Shown here: positions 28,186 to 42,317 of the stretch, piece by piece
Numbering within the stretch: position 1 is the first letter of the stretch
Layout: each line of letters begins with the position of its first letter
From: Ophelia neglecta
Lineage: Eukaryota
DNA length: 64,000 nt
Reading direction: 5' to 3'
NCBI GenBank assembly: GCA_965285935.1
Contig: OZ260666.1
Coordinates: 45,942,001-46,006,000 of the forward strand
The notes under the pieces: model-generated
Databases searched by the model: none
What the model was told of the DNA's origin: nothing
The model's input: the letters and a program-made list of their open reading frames with translations, nothing else
Translations under genes and position numbers: made by a program

Positions 28186-29050
28186 ATCTAGCAAAAGTAT
28201 TGGCCCGTGCCTTTGCATGATGGGGGGCCATGTTACTATGATGAACTCATGATATTTTAAAAATTGGAAAAACAAATTTTGGACAATATAATTAGGTTGA
28301 TTTAAGAATAACTATTTAAGATATATAATTTTCAAATTAAACATGGATGTGAATGTCAACTATTTGTTACATGGTAATATACCTCAACATGATCAAACAA
28401 ACAAAATTGTACTATTGTGTGTGACAGCAATTCTTCAGAGCAAGTGGATCAGCACTATATAACTATAAAATTAGCACATTAAAACCAAGGAAGAAATGTG
28501 CTTGTGACTTAACAAAACTGTAGCAAATAATTCTGATGAGATGAATTTTAAGATTAAGTTAAAAAAATACCAACAGTGCCTCTTTTCAAATAGATAAAAT
28601 AATTGCATACCTAATGCCATATCTGTTTTGCCCCTTAGTATATTTTTTGGCCAGCACATCGCTAGATTTGGTCTGATACTGATATAAACCAGAAATAATT
28701 GGCCACTACATTAATTTGTGTTTTTGGCAAATATAAACGAGTGTGCTTAAGCCAGATAATTGGCATTAAATTTGGTCTAGTTGACAAACTTTACACACCA
28801 AATCAGGTTTTAGTGCACATTAGTAGTAAAGTTTGTTTTTCCGGCGGCCATCATGAAGTCACAAACAATTTTTATCATTTTCACTTTGTGACATCATAAA
28901 AATCACCCATAAAAGCTGAAGTCAGAAGATGAGGAGCACCTGTTTCCTGAAAGAGCTCCGACCACTTTTGGAGATTTGGTCCGTGTGTGTGAGGTTTCAG
29001 GTTCAGTGCCAAAATAGTGCTAAAATTGTACATTTACCAACGATCAGTGA
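28186..29050 (+). mobile_element. Possible degraded Helentron/HINE-like element (boundaries uncertain)
   Basis: Starts TCTAGCAAAAGTATTGGCCCGTGCCTTTGCATG, resembling the CTAG...CCCGTGC..GCACGG 5' subterminal hairpin of HINE/DINE-type elements. The interior is repeat-like and no 3' end was identified. Confidence 0.3.
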
Positions 29051-30763
29051 CCGTCTACACTTAAGACAAATGGAACAAACTAAAACTGGCCTTTTAGTGA
29101 AAATCCATTAAGATTAAAAGTCGACTAAGAAAATAACCATGGTTCAATATCATGTATATAGGCAGGCAGCAATCATAATCCTATATACACGACTAACTAG
29201 CAGTGCAATAGGAAGGGTTGAACCTCATAGTGTTTAAGTGGGCTATATAGCTTTAGGTAAAAGCTAAATTATGCCAAGCAAAGTACATTCAAATGGTTCT
29301 TTGTGGAGTAAAAATGACACTGAGGCAAGCTGTACAACCATGTAAGTTATAATTTCAGAACTCATAATGGTCTCACCTACCTGTCTCTTGGATATAAATT
29401 CAACAACCTAAATGATTTGTCAAAAAGGTACCAATACCTCCTGACCATCTAGCAATTGTTATAAGTAACCTTGTTCCCAACTCTCAGTTGGATTATATAC
29501 ATGTGTACACTTGTTTATGCTGACCCTTTATCAATGCTATCCGAAGTCTGAATTTCTTATTAACATGTTAAAATGCGATTTTCCAGAGCCAATCATGTTG
29601 ACATTTGGAAACCCTAGTCATATAAATTGAACAGAATTCTCAGTTTACAGTAAATTAAAATTCTCAAGCCAATCAATAATCATGAATAGCACAAGTCTCA
29701 GAAAATCCAGGCCTCGAATCATGTCTCAATGAAAAAACAAAACATTTATCCGAGTGGTTGAAATTATCACTTACCCCTAATCATGTTCACCACATACATG
29801 TAGGCAGAGACTAATTTATGAAAGAGAAACACCTGAAGACCATTAAACGAGTTTGAGCTTGGTGATCAGGGCTTGTCTCTTCGATGAGCCAGCCACTTTC
29901 AATACTCTGGAGCCTTGTAGGCTGACACTGGGATGTGGGCCACGACTCGGAGGTGTACATGTACATCACACCCTATATGAATACATGTCTGCTTGAGTTG
30001 AAGGGACTTATAAGGCTAAAACGGGGACCACATGTCAGTTACAGCTCATAGTAGTGCTGGTAAAAGGCATTCATATTATATTTTTTGGGGAATAAATTCT
30101 AAATGCCAGCATAAAAGGACACACCTGTTCATGCTGCTACACTATAAATTATTGTAGAAAAGTGGTAAATAGTTGTAAACAAGAAAGACCTATATGTCAA
30201 CACAGACACTTTCTTGGAACCAAATTCAAAATGCCACTCCTGCAGTCTAGGGCCCACATATTACTCTTTTTTTGACCTTGTACAAGGATGGGAAATTTCC
30301 AAGACCAACGTTTACCTTTTATCACCTTTTAGAAAGAATCGATTGAAGGTCTAAGCCCAATATTTAACTTTTGTTTAACTTTAAGAGGGACTGAACATTT
30401 CTGAGCTCTGCATTTTCCTTTTTTTAAAACTTTTAGATCAAAAATGAAATGTCCAAATCAAACATTTTACCTTATTTCTAATATATTTGTTTTAAATTTT
30501 TTTAATGACATATGTAAAAATAACCCTCTGATTTTCAACCCATCAAGACTCTATACATCTAGTAGCTTAATTGACTTTAAAAACGGGAGTGGATACCTGG
30601 CAGAAGAGGCAAATTCATTGATCAAGAAAAGTTCATTTAATTAATGGGAAATAATTAGGAACCACAACAGGTCCACAGCTACCAATGTATAACTAATTTC
30701 CCATAGGCAGTTAACAGGCTTCTCATGTACCTCTAGGAACCATTAGCCACAAACCCACATACA

Positions 30764-31173
30764 GCAGGGGCCTGCACTTCCTGAGAAAATATGAACGCAT
30801 GGTAGCTAAAAAATTTGCGAAAAGAGGGGTAGCTTTTTCCTACCTCACATGCCTGTGAAAACCTGATAAAAGGGGTATTTTTTTTAAACAGACTTCGCAA
30901 AATTAAATAAAATAAAGGTTATTTTTTTAGTCTGATTCCAGTTATTGGGTGGTCCAAAAGGTGTACATGGTTGTTTCATAATGTTAATGCTATTTCTCTG
31001 GTTGAATCATTAGGTCTGAAGCAATTGGTGATCATTCACTTCCCTTAGGCCCTATTTTAAAGGAGTCAATTTAAAAAAAAAATTTAATGGAAAAATCAGT
31101 GTTTTTTTCTGAAAAAAAGGAGGGGGGGTTTTAACAAAAGTTCTCCTTTTTCAACAGGAGTGCAGGCCCCAGG
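30764..31173. mobile_element. MITE with ~30-bp imperfect TIRs and an 8-bp TSD (CACATACA)
   Basis: Left GGGGCCTGCACTTCCTGAGAAAATATGAAC vs right (rc) GGGGCCTGCACTCCTGTTGAAAAAGGAGAAC. CACATACA occurs at 30756-30763 and 31174-31181. Confidence 0.8.
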
Positions 31174-34100
31174 CACATACATCAATCACCAATTTGTAAA
31201 TAAACTTGGGGAGTGCAAATAACAAAATGAAAAAGTAAAACTAATAATACTTGCCATGAGAAGTTTCAACAGTTTTCGATGATTCAAGTAAGAGCACAAA
31301 TTTAAAACAAAGGAGCCAGTGGCTAACATAGGACAGATATATATAAATATGCCCAAGCATAGCCGTTGATGGTCTAAGCTCTTTCAAAATTTAGTGACAA
31401 AATTAAATATTCGTATCTTAAGAAGATGCACTTGGCCTCTAGCCCTAAAATGAGCAAAACACTCAATCCATATGCAGATTTTAAAGCTTAGGTGTTAAAC
31501 CAATGACAACTAGACCAAGAACAGGTCAAAAAAGAGTTATTTATCATATATTGATTCTCTTAACAAAAATTTAAGCCTGATCATAACCCAGGGTCAGTAA
31601 CCAAGGCTGCGTGTGTCTTTAAGGAATTGTGTCCTAAGTAAGAGGAAGTTTAGCATTTTTCTGATTTTGGCACTGAAAATGCAGGCCAATGCCAATTTGG
31701 AGCTGCCCCACAGGTATATAAAAGAGTAAGTGCCCTGACATGTTGTAACATTTTAAAGCTCTAAGACCTTTTGTATATCTCTAAGCTCTAGATTCTAAAC
31801 AATATATACATTTGCCTGCTTACCATAATCCTAGGTGCTGAGCATAAGGCATAATAATTATTATCTGGTCATTAAAGTCAGCTTTAATTTTTTCTAAATG
31901 ATGTAAAGCTCACTGAAGTACGTACTTGAGGGTGAAATTTAGGAGCACCTTTGACCACAGTATATATATCTGTAATTGAGGAAAAGATCTATTTCACAGC
32001 CAGCAGTATTTACCAGTGAAATTTGGCCTCCTCTGCTTAACTGCCTGTCCCAGTATCATCTGCAATTCTTGCCTTTTGAACTTAGATGTTTGGAGACAGA
32101 ATACACAAGAAACACTTATAATTATCAACATTCAAAATGTGAGAGTACATGTGTGAAAAGGTACTAACAGTGGAAATCAAATGCACCAACACTACTTGTC
32201 CCAAGTTAATAGGTGGTGTTTGAATTGTCCAGGGATCAGGCATGAGAATATGACATGACAGGAACTGTGATATCCTGGAGTAACATGCAGGAGCAGCTGA
32301 GCCTTGTGGTGTTTGTATGCACCTGTTTCTCCCTGTTGGCTTCCCTCTAACCATACATCACTTTGGCATGATGCTAGGCCCAGGAAGATGGAGAAGGCAA
32401 TCAGAAGGCATTCCGCTGGCTGCCATCACAACTATTCACTGGTGACACATGGACAATGGTGATGAATGCCTTACATTTCCCTTATGGGAAAAACTCCTTT
32501 GAAAGATAAAATAAACAGTATCCATGTCCCAGCGGGCTGAACCCATTATTTGACTGATCTCAACTATTCACATATTGGGACCCTTGAATAAGAACTGACA
32601 TTATTGTTCAAAACATTAAGTTAGGCACAAACAACAAGATACTATCAGCAAAATAGAATCTGGTAATTATATGTGGAAAAACCTGGTGGAATGAGTAATT
32701 CTCTAGTGAATAAAAAAGAGTTGATGCCAAATGGATAAACAGTGTCAACATTCTGAGCATGTCCAGACACTAAGAGGTCCATAAAGAATCTACAAGCCAA
32801 GGCCAAAACAACTAAAACAGTGTTAAAACGATAGAGCCTATAAAGGACATAAAGCAAGGGTACCCCCCCCCCCCCCTCCTCCTTCCCGGACACAGCAGAC
32901 GTTGATCAGAACATACAAGCCTTGATTATTCCCATCTTCCCACAGAGACATGTACATTATACTTGTTTTTCTCCTTAAGATCATCACGATATGCTCTGGT
33001 CATGGAATCCCCAAAGATAATGTCTTATCCCCTTAATTGTCATGTTAACAGCAAACTACCCGTGAGAAGCCTGCACAGGGACAGTGGACTGGGTCATATA
33101 GCACAGGTTAAATATGAAGGACATTTTGTCCATGGTGGTTTCTTCATCCAGCCACAATAGACAATAGCTATTAAAGGCTACTCTCCTGATCGGAAAAACA
33201 GTAGTGGTGAAAGATAATGGAAAATACACTTAAAATAATCCACTCTCTAAATGGGATAGGATGGTTAAATACCTTCAGGGACATTATCTGTAATGTACAT
33301 TGAATCCTGTTGGATTTATAGATTCACAAATTAGGTAAACCTTGTACTATTTTCCACAGGCTGGGCTGCCCAAGGGACAGGGTACTAATGGGTCAAGGGA
33401 AGTTCACATTACCGTCATCTGCAAAGCCTCCCAACCACAGCTTAATCTCCAGTGTGATCCATCAGGCGACCAGGGCCTACACTAGCCACCTAGATATTTG
33501 TATTGAGGCAACGTAAGACTTGAGGAGCAGGTTAAGAGGGGAAGGTCAGGGATCAACAACTTTTCCGTGAACTCGGGCAATATTAAGGAAAATTGATTAA
33601 GGCTGATCATTTCTAAATCAAGACATGTGAATTTATTGGCAAACCAACTGTAGTTTAACAGAAACAAACATTGTGAAAAGAATCAGAAGACATTCACTCT
33701 GCTATTTCATTAGAAAACACACCTAACATAATCATCAATGATAACAAACAGGACTGTGGTGTTATTAAACTAATTGTAATTATAGTAATATAAATAAATG
33801 CATTTAGTTCCTACATGATCATTAATCACATTCCATGGGTCAATTCATATACAGATTTAACTCATATATAAGGGATGGAGGGAGACATGAAGGAGTTGAC
33901 AGCCTCGATCAATACACACTCAATATCAATAAACATCTCTATTAGGCCAAAAGCACAGCTCTATAAGGCCAAAAAGAAAAAAAAGAAAACAATTGTTTCT
34001 GATCAGTGGGAAATGAAAAAAACCCAGTCAACTTATTGTTTTAAAACTGACAATTTGTTCTAAAGTTAACACCAATTAACAACATATAACAAGAATAAGC

Positions 34101-37100
34101 AGTTAAATTTGTGATGACAGAGGGGAGGGGGGAGAATTTCTTTTTCATGATTTGGGTTACTAGTACAGCTAACCCAATTTTTTTTTTACATGTTTGTTTA
34201 CTGTTTGGAAGCTGTGATGTGTGGGGGGTAATGGCCGATGGTTTCTGATAATTTTGCCTGATTTAATGGACTATTCTTGACTTATGAATTGGGTTTGTCT
34301 GCTGGGTGCCCACTCCCGTTTTTATGTTAATTATTTGATTTTACGTATTATATGAAACCGGAGTGTGCATGGCTAACAAAATAGCTCTGACAAATTCATA
34401 TCAATCATATGGCTAAGGGACCCCCATTAAAGGAAGCTGCTAAATCTTCATACTGATACCTATTAATTTTGCTTGGATCATGACTCTAGTTTGGATGGCA
34501 GATCCACAATTTGATACGTACTAGCAGGCAGTACATATGACACTCACCAATCTTCAGTCTAACTAATTTGAGAGACAAGTCAGGCCACACTGACCTTTGG
34601 AACAGAAAACTAATGACAGAAAATGTACCTCATCCAAGAATTGGGTTTATTGCAAAACGAATAACAAGAGTTGATAACCAAGACTTGGCATTGCAGTTCT
34701 TGACCTTGCAGTCTGTGACCATTGGTGATTATTCACACGAGGAGCACCGTGGCAATATTATAACTCAATACTAGAAAATCACACAGACATGGCAAGAAAT
34801 ATTAAAAGGCATCTTGCTTCAAAGTTAATACATCAACAATGCTTAGCAGGTTACTTAAACTATTTGCTGTGGCTTACACCAAATTGCCTCCTACATTGAT
34901 AATTGTAAGAAATCTATGATAAGTTGTAAGTGATATACCTTTATAGAGAATAAGAATTTTGGTGTATCATCCTGTCCACACACAATACCTGTATTGAACT
35001 GCTACTTTGTGCTAAAACTGCTAATGTGTTTTTTTATTGGAAAAAGTGCAGCATTTATTGTATTTGTGCAGTTTCCATCTTCCTAGTGCTGGAAGCTAAT
35101 TAATTACAGGTTATTCCTAGACTATTTGAAGCAACTAAAAAAGTGCCGTCTCCCCAAGGTGACTTCCTTATGTATGTCAAGACTTGTCAGACAAGTGCCG
35201 GAATACTCTAGAAGTATGGCACCCAGGACTCACAAAGGGACAGTCTGAGTTATTGAAAAGAACATCTTTCCAGCAGGCGAGAATCACTATGTAAATCTTT
35301 TATTAATTCAATGTGTCATGGAGAAAGCAAACTAAATTGCTTGTTGCCAAGCCCACAGGTCTGGCCCTTACTCATCGCACAGCCGCTATTCTTTCCCCTC
35401 CTTATGTTGAAAAGTAGAGATAAAAGAAAGGTTGAAATAACACTTTCTCAAATCCACAGTTGATTTTATTCAAACTCAAATGCATTTGGTCACCAAGCAA
35501 TACAGATGACAGATGACAAAAACTACAATGTATTGACAAATTAAATGAATTTAGAAGCTGAAAGTCATATATTTTAATCCCATTAGAGGTGAAACACTTA
35601 ATTTCCTTGGACGTAGATGTGCACATGTACATGTACATGTACCTAGAAAGGTAAACCCTACATTTGGATGGTGTCTATCAGTGGGGTATAACTACTATGT
35701 CCAATAGGATCCACATAATCTGGACATTGGGACAGCACCTACCAATATCTATTTTGATAGTTTACACAGTTTCAGTTAAGAAATGGATATAAAAGGATAT
35801 TCCATCATTTACTTAAGGTAAAATGTATCAATCTGTGCGAATATTTATCGACTCCAATAGTTATTTAATATGTAAGTACAGAAATGTGAGTTTCAGAGGC
35901 ATCATGGACTCAAAATGAGTTTCCCACTGCATGAAGAGTTTCTCATATAATATGACTGCATGCAAACAAGCAGCCATCTCCAATCTAAATATACAATAAA
36001 AACTCCTAGTAGCTCGGTCTGCATCATCAAAACACCCACCAGCAGCTCAAATACAAAATTGTTTGGATTGCTTGGTTCATGATTGCTCTGATGATATAAG
36101 ACAGCAAACACATTTATTGTAAAGAGCATTTTGATGTTGATTAAAGTGGATGGCTGGCAATTGATTTGGCTTCATCTTATGGAAGGTACTTCCTGAAATC
36201 CCCTACTCCAACACACACTGCAGGAATATAAGAAGCCATATTTTCCTCACCAAAAGTACACAATCCGAATGTCAGTTTCTGTAAGTTCCAGATAGCTAAT
36301 AATGATATTACAACATGGCACAGATTCAAGAAATATTGGGAACTCTTTCAAATTCATTACCTGTCACAGAAAGTTGTGATCAAGAAGAAGCCTCACAGAA
36401 CTAGCTAAACAATAGGGCCAGCCAGAGATATTGCATACTGCTTATGTATACAACTACATTTCCCATTTCAAAGCTTGACTGCAATTAAAGCAACAGTGGT
36501 CAGTAAAATTTTGTTTGATAGTAGGGCATATTTCAGCTCTGCATGAGGATTCAACATGGGGATTTCTTTAACTGGACCTTTTTTTTAGAATTCCTACCCT
36601 TTGGAGTGACTGAAACAAACCATTTAAGGATGGCTAATAGTTTTCCAACTATGCACTTGGCCTTTCAGTCTGATGCCTACTTGAATTAAAATAAGCATGT
36701 CACTGCTTCAAATCAAATCCCAAGTCTTGCCCTACTAATGCTGTGGACTAGTGATATGTGCAGTGCTGTCACCTGCTGGATTAGGAGCTGCACTAGGCCT
36801 CCAGATGTCATTTCCTACTGGCCCTATTCCCTGCGCAGAAAGACATGCAATGTCAATAGAAAGTAGAACCATCAAAGAGGGAGCTCTAGACAGTGAACAA
36901 AGGAATAATATTTCCAGCATTTGGAATTCTCCTTTCTTTTCACCCTCTTCCATTTAACCCCTTTACCTCATTTGCAAGTCAAAATTTCCTCTCCTGGATA
37001 AGGGAATTTCACCACTCAATGGTTAAGTGGGGAAATTTGTATTTTTGGCAGTGATTTTTCCATTTTACAGAAAGGGGAAATTCCCCTAATTTTTGCCTGT

Positions 37101-38130
37101 TTTTTTTCAATGGGGTGTTTTTTTTAAACAAAGTATGACATATCAAAAGTTTGCATGTTTACCTAACCACTTTCATCATGAGAGTTTGTCCCAACTGAAT
37201 ACCTACAGTGTGTATGCCAATTTGACAAGAATTTTCTACCTTATCATCATGTTAACTGCATGTGATTCAATAATGCAGGAGGGTTAGGGGTATGTCCTAT
37301 CTTTGGCATTGGCCCTTTAATTGACTGTGTTTTGAGTTCTACTTTTGGTTTCTAAGATTTTCATTTACTGTGACCTTGAGATTTCTTTTTAATTTCATGT
37401 GAATTGAGATTCACTTTTCAATTTATCTGGAGATGAGAAATAGCTTATTCCTTGAAATTCAGAATTAAAATAGTGTCAGATTTGTGAAATATACCTCTAC
37501 TTAAAAATGATGTACCAGCTTCATCACTTTAAAAGCCAGTTCAAGCTATAGCCATAGAAAAAAAAAACAGTTTTACTTTGAAAATAAGTGTGTGCCATTA
37601 CGAAAGCAATCTATCAGCACACCTTTGCAATTTGGAGGACTGTGTAAATGTTCAGACTTGACTATTGGCCATCAGTGGTGAAAGCCTCCCACACAGCTTC
37701 TTAGAGCAATACTGGCATTCAATTTCAAACCAGGTCACCATCAGGTGTATATGCATCAGTTCTCTCCCAAGTATCGACAAGGCCTTTAAGAAGTGCATAC
37801 TCAATGGGATTTAACTGAAATACTAAGAGCTTGGAGTATCGCACATCATCATAAAACTGCGTGTTGGAAAACCTACTCCACGGTTCCACGCCTCTTTTGT
37901 TATAATAACATATCATTAATTGTAGAGATAGTTATTATTAATGATACTCTAGATATCAGATGCAATCTTTATTTGTACACATAGATGAAGACGGATTGAG
38001 AGGAACCATACATTGATAACTCTGGGGGCTATACAGTGTATTTAATAGTACAGATGAGATTTGATTAACCTGTTTGAAAGTGATTTGAGGGAGTTTGTAA
38101 TTTGACCTGACTGCAACAGTGTGATTTATA

Positions 38131-38580
38131 TTACCCTTCAATTTGATTAGTTGCTTTTCATACTACTTAAAGGTAAATGTAAAATGACTTGCCTAGTTCA
38201 GTAAATAACTTGGGGGAAAGTCCAGCTTGACTTGTGGGGCAACTTCAGTTTGACTTGGGGGTAACTTCACATTGACTTGGTGGTAACTTCACTTTGACTC
38301 CATGGTAACTTCTATTTGACTTAGGGGTAAATTCAGTTTGAATTGGGGACAACTTCAGTTTGACTTGGGGGCAACTTTCAATTTTGACTTGGTTGTAACT
38401 TCAGTTTGACTTGGGGTAACAGTTTGACTTGGAAGTAGCTCTGTTTGATTTGGAGGTAGCTCTCTGTTTGACTTGGAGGTAGCTCTGTTTGACTTGGTGG
38501 TAACTTCAGTTTGTCTAGGCAAGTCATTTTACATCTACCTTCAAGTTGTATGAAGGACAACTAATCAAACTGAAGTGACA
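38131..38580. mobile_element. Foldback-type MITE with ~65-bp TIRs enclosing a ~21-bp tandem array
   Basis: Left TTCAATTTGATTAGTTGCTTTTCATACTACTTAAAGGTAAATGTAAAATGACTTGCCTAG vs right (rc) TTCAGTTTGATTAGTTGTCCTTCATACAACTTGAAGGTAGATGTAAAATGACTTGCCTAG. TATA lies on both flanks. The interior (~38205-38515) has about 15 units of AACTTCAGTTTGACTTGGGGT. Confidence 0.88.
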
Positions 38581-38932
38581 TATAAATGCAAGCTTATCCC
38601 CCATAAATAACACAGAGCCACCCAGCTGATGACATCTGTGATGCTTTAACCCCATCACTGACATTGCCTCAATGTACTGTAGCATCAGCCAGTGGACCAT
38701 TAACAAATGGGCATTTATATCCACATGATCCCGGCGGTATTCTTCTATAAATGTTGACCATTAACTTAACATAGTTTGCCAATATTTGGTGTAAATACAC
38801 AAAATTCACACTGATATTAATATCAACTCTGAATGAGGACTACAACGAAACTATACATGTAGATGTATTAAGTATGGGTAAGATAGCACACAAATGTTTG
38901 ATCCAAGGTGAGCTTCTCTGTTATGAGGACAC

Positions 38933-39916
38933 CTCACCTCAAAGAGGGATGATGTGACCTCACATGGGGATGATGAGACCTCACAAGGTAATGATGAGAC
39001 CTCACAAGGGGATGATGAGACCTCACAAGGGGATGATGAGACCTCACACAGGGGTGATGTGACCTCACAAGGAGATAATGAGACCTCACAAAGGGATGCT
39101 TAGACCTCACAAAGGGGTGATGTGACCTCACAATGGGATGATGAGACCTCACAGGGGGATGATGAGACCTCACAAAGGGATGATGAGACCTCACAAGGGG
39201 ATGATAAGACCTCACAAAGGGGCGATGTGACCTCACAATGGGATGATGAGACCTCACAAGGGGATGATAGACCTCACAGGGGGATGATGAGACCCCACAA
39301 AGGGTTGATTTGACCTCACAAGGGGATGATGAGACTTCACAAGGGGATGATGAGACCACACAAAGGGGTGATGAGACCTCACAAAGGGATGATGAGACCT
39401 CACAATGGGATGATGTGACCCCAAAAAAGGGTGATGAGACCTCACAAGGGGATAATGAAACCTCACAATGGGATGATGTGACCTTACAGGGGGATGATGA
39501 GACCTTACAGGGGGATGATGAGACCTCACAAAGGGAAGATGAGACCTCACAAGGGGATGATGAGACCCCACAAAGGGTGATGAGACCTCACAAAGGGATG
39601 ATGAGACCTCACAATGGGATGATGAGACCTCACAGTGGGATGATGAGACCTCAAAAAGGGGTGGTGTCACCTCACAATGGGATGATGAAACCTCACAATG
39701 GGATGATGAGACCTCAAAAAGGGATGATGAGACCTCACAAGGGGATGATAAGACCGCACAGGGGGATGATGAGACCTCACAAAGGAATGATGAGACCTCA
39801 CAAGGGGATGATAAGACCTCAAAGGGGGATGATGAGACCTCACAAAGGGGTGATGTGACCTCACAAGGGGATGATGAAACCTCACAGTGGGATGATGAGA
39901 CCTCACAAAGGGGTGA
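38933..39916. repeat. 21-bp minisatellite, about 47 copies (GATGATGAGACCTCACAAGGG)
   Basis: Directly visible tandem array. It generates the spurious repetitive ORFs at 38934-39988. Confidence 0.97.
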
Positions 39917-41963
39917 TAGGCATACCTGGTAGAGAAGGAACCCAGCTCTCACCAGCATGTGCTCTAGACAGCTTATTATTATTTTCACTTTAATTTGCTA
40001 CGCTTAATTTTGATTTGCTCTTTTGGTATCATCTGCTTTGTGCTTTTGTAAAACATGTTCAGGATTCCTGTCTGGTAGTGATATACAACATGCACTACGG
40101 TTTAAACTTTTAGCAGTCATTAGTTAAGTAAGCAAAAGGAGCATTAACCTAAAATATGATATGAACATAAATAATAATGTTGATTTGCTTTGGGGTATCG
40201 TAAATATCACTGCGGGAATTAGACAAACACATTAATGTGAAAAGTTTTAGCCTGGACATTAGGAAAGAAGTGACCATGCACCATGCTATATTCCCATACA
40301 AGGTTATTGAAATTTAATCCAGTAAATTACTCTAGATAATGAACTAGTACATGTACATGAATTGGTTTAGCAAAAGTCAACGGAAAAATTTCCATTGTGC
40401 CAAAGAATGTTCCATATATTTGAAACATTATTATGTTTTCTATTATTACACTCTAATCTTTTGATAATTGATTAGGTATATAGGTTTAAATCCTCATTGG
40501 GTCATTGGTAAAAATCAGAGTGGTCATGCATTGTATAAAAGCATTAGCTGGTGTCTGTCCTCACGCAGGTGCAAAGTAAAGTACAGGTAAACATGGACCG
40601 AGAGGTTTCTTACAAAGGAGACAGAATGCATTTGCAAAGGACTTATTATCAAGTTCTAGGATGATGATGTGTACTATAGTAATATTCCCCTAATGCATAA
40701 TGCTATGTGGACACCAACACTTAGGAACTATAGGACATTCACTGTAACTAGATCTCCAGTTAAAAAACTTCATGTCCATTTCTACTTTACTCTGCCTCTA
40801 TGTGCTTTGACATTTCCCTCTCTTATAACTATTGTCCATGTTTATTAATGTCACTTATTGCAAATAACAGTTACTGCAACATGAACACTAATTTTTGTAA
40901 TTAAATAGTAAAATTAAGTAGTGGTAATGTAGAATGCAGGTTATTTATGTCTAAACTACATGCCATATTGTATTCACTGACCAGTTACCATGCACAAGAG
41001 TATTAATATGGCTGTATACCCAATAAGAAATAATATTTGTCTTGATTTTTTTTGCCTTTTAATTTTTGTATCTTGTTAAAATTTCAAATATAAAACATGA
41101 TTTCACAAATCTGTTATGTCTTTAATATTGGGGAACACAAGATAATGGTAAATTAAATTGTCACCTACATGTAATCTGCAGTAAAAAATAAACAATTATT
41201 CACTGCTATATGCCGTATAGTATTATAGACAAATTGACACGATGGCCCTATGGCTCAAAAGACCATGTGCTGCCACATTATAAACTTCAACAGGGGCTTT
41301 GCATCCCTTAAAGGGTTGCATGTACATTTACTGTGATGACTATACAGGACCTGTACAAAAATCAGTACCTACGTGCACACTGTGCCTTTGGAATTATTTT
41401 TTCTGGATGAGCCAGGCATACTCAGTATATATACATTATGGTAACTATGATATCCTACAGAATCAATATCATTAATCATCTGCTGCATGAACATCAATTA
41501 TGTGACAATATTTTTAAGGTCAAATTTCATCAATTGCATAAAATCTTCCAAAGCAACTTACCCATTACATGGACACTGCCGACTAATGATGAATGTAAGT
41601 TTAAAGATTGATCTGGTTTCCTTTCAAAGCTGGCTGCCTAATGATTGGTTACCTTTAGCCTGTTTCTGTATAAGCAGCTTACACTGTCCACCGGTCAATT
41701 ACCTGGGTACACTGACCTTGATACAGACATAGAACTTGTATAAACAAAAGAAATGTGTTACACAGACAACAGCAGATTCTTCCCATATAAACTTTCTTAT
41801 AGTTGGTAGGTCTTGTAATGTGGCAGATGGTCACCAATGAAAAACTTCAAACATGTGAAATGATTTATGGATAGATTGATTTTTTTTAAATACCATAAGA
41901 GGCAAATGTATTAAAGATGCAAAAATAGAATCATAGAGGTAAAACACCACAAACCAAAGCATA

Positions 41964-42317
41964 TACCATAGTCTATGTTATACAAGTAATTGCCCATGCC
42001 TTAAGAAGCCCCTAGCCTCCTTTTCTGTCAACATCTTTCCATTTTGATCCTTTCACAAGGTTTTAAGAGGTTTCAAGCATAAAAATACCACATGAGTATA
42101 TAAGTGCCCTGGGTGCCTATTACAGTGAAAACCAAATCAGGGGAAAAGCTTAACATCAAATGGGGTTGATGTATTATTGGACAAAGTCGAAGGTCATGGC
42201 AAATGCAAAACTGGTCTGATTTTGGAGGTGGTCAGTTTAGACAGGTTTTTTAACATTGAAAGTATACAGCATGGTCCTTATTTTAGTGGTTTAAATTGAC
42301 AGGCAGGTTCCACTGTA
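41964..42317. mobile_element. Cluster of degraded TA-site MITE remnants
   Basis: TAAGTGCCCTGGGTGCCTATT (~42101-42121) is a CpG-decayed version of the 6.8 kb MITE subterminus. The end CAGGTTCCACTG|TA (42315) is a CAGTGGAACC-type TIR, possibly paired with TA|CAGTGAAAACC at 42123. Confidence 0.4.

Noticed and set aside
37725-37916. ORF containing FQLNPIEYALLKGLV, resembling a nuclear-receptor LBD helix or the Tc1 DLNPIE motif
   Set aside because: The similarity covers only about 10 residues, the flanks fit neither family, and no good donor or partner exons were found.
38933-39916. CRISPR-like regularity of the tandem arrays (also 48970-49405)
   Set aside because: Units are contiguous with no unique spacers, there are no cas genes, and the context is eukaryotic.
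38934-39988. Long ORFs (141-244 aa), including acidic TSQGDDE repeats reminiscent of biomineralisation proteins
   Set aside because: They are translations of the 21-bp minisatellite in several frames on both strands. The acidic frame has a stop (GCT TAG ~39100) and is broken by 20-bp units.
40569-40586. Possible 18-nt plus-strand microexon (CGCAG|GTGCAAAGTAAAGTACAG|GTAAAC)
   Set aside because: No host gene was identified on this strand, the donor is mediocre, and such matches are expected by chance in 64 kb.
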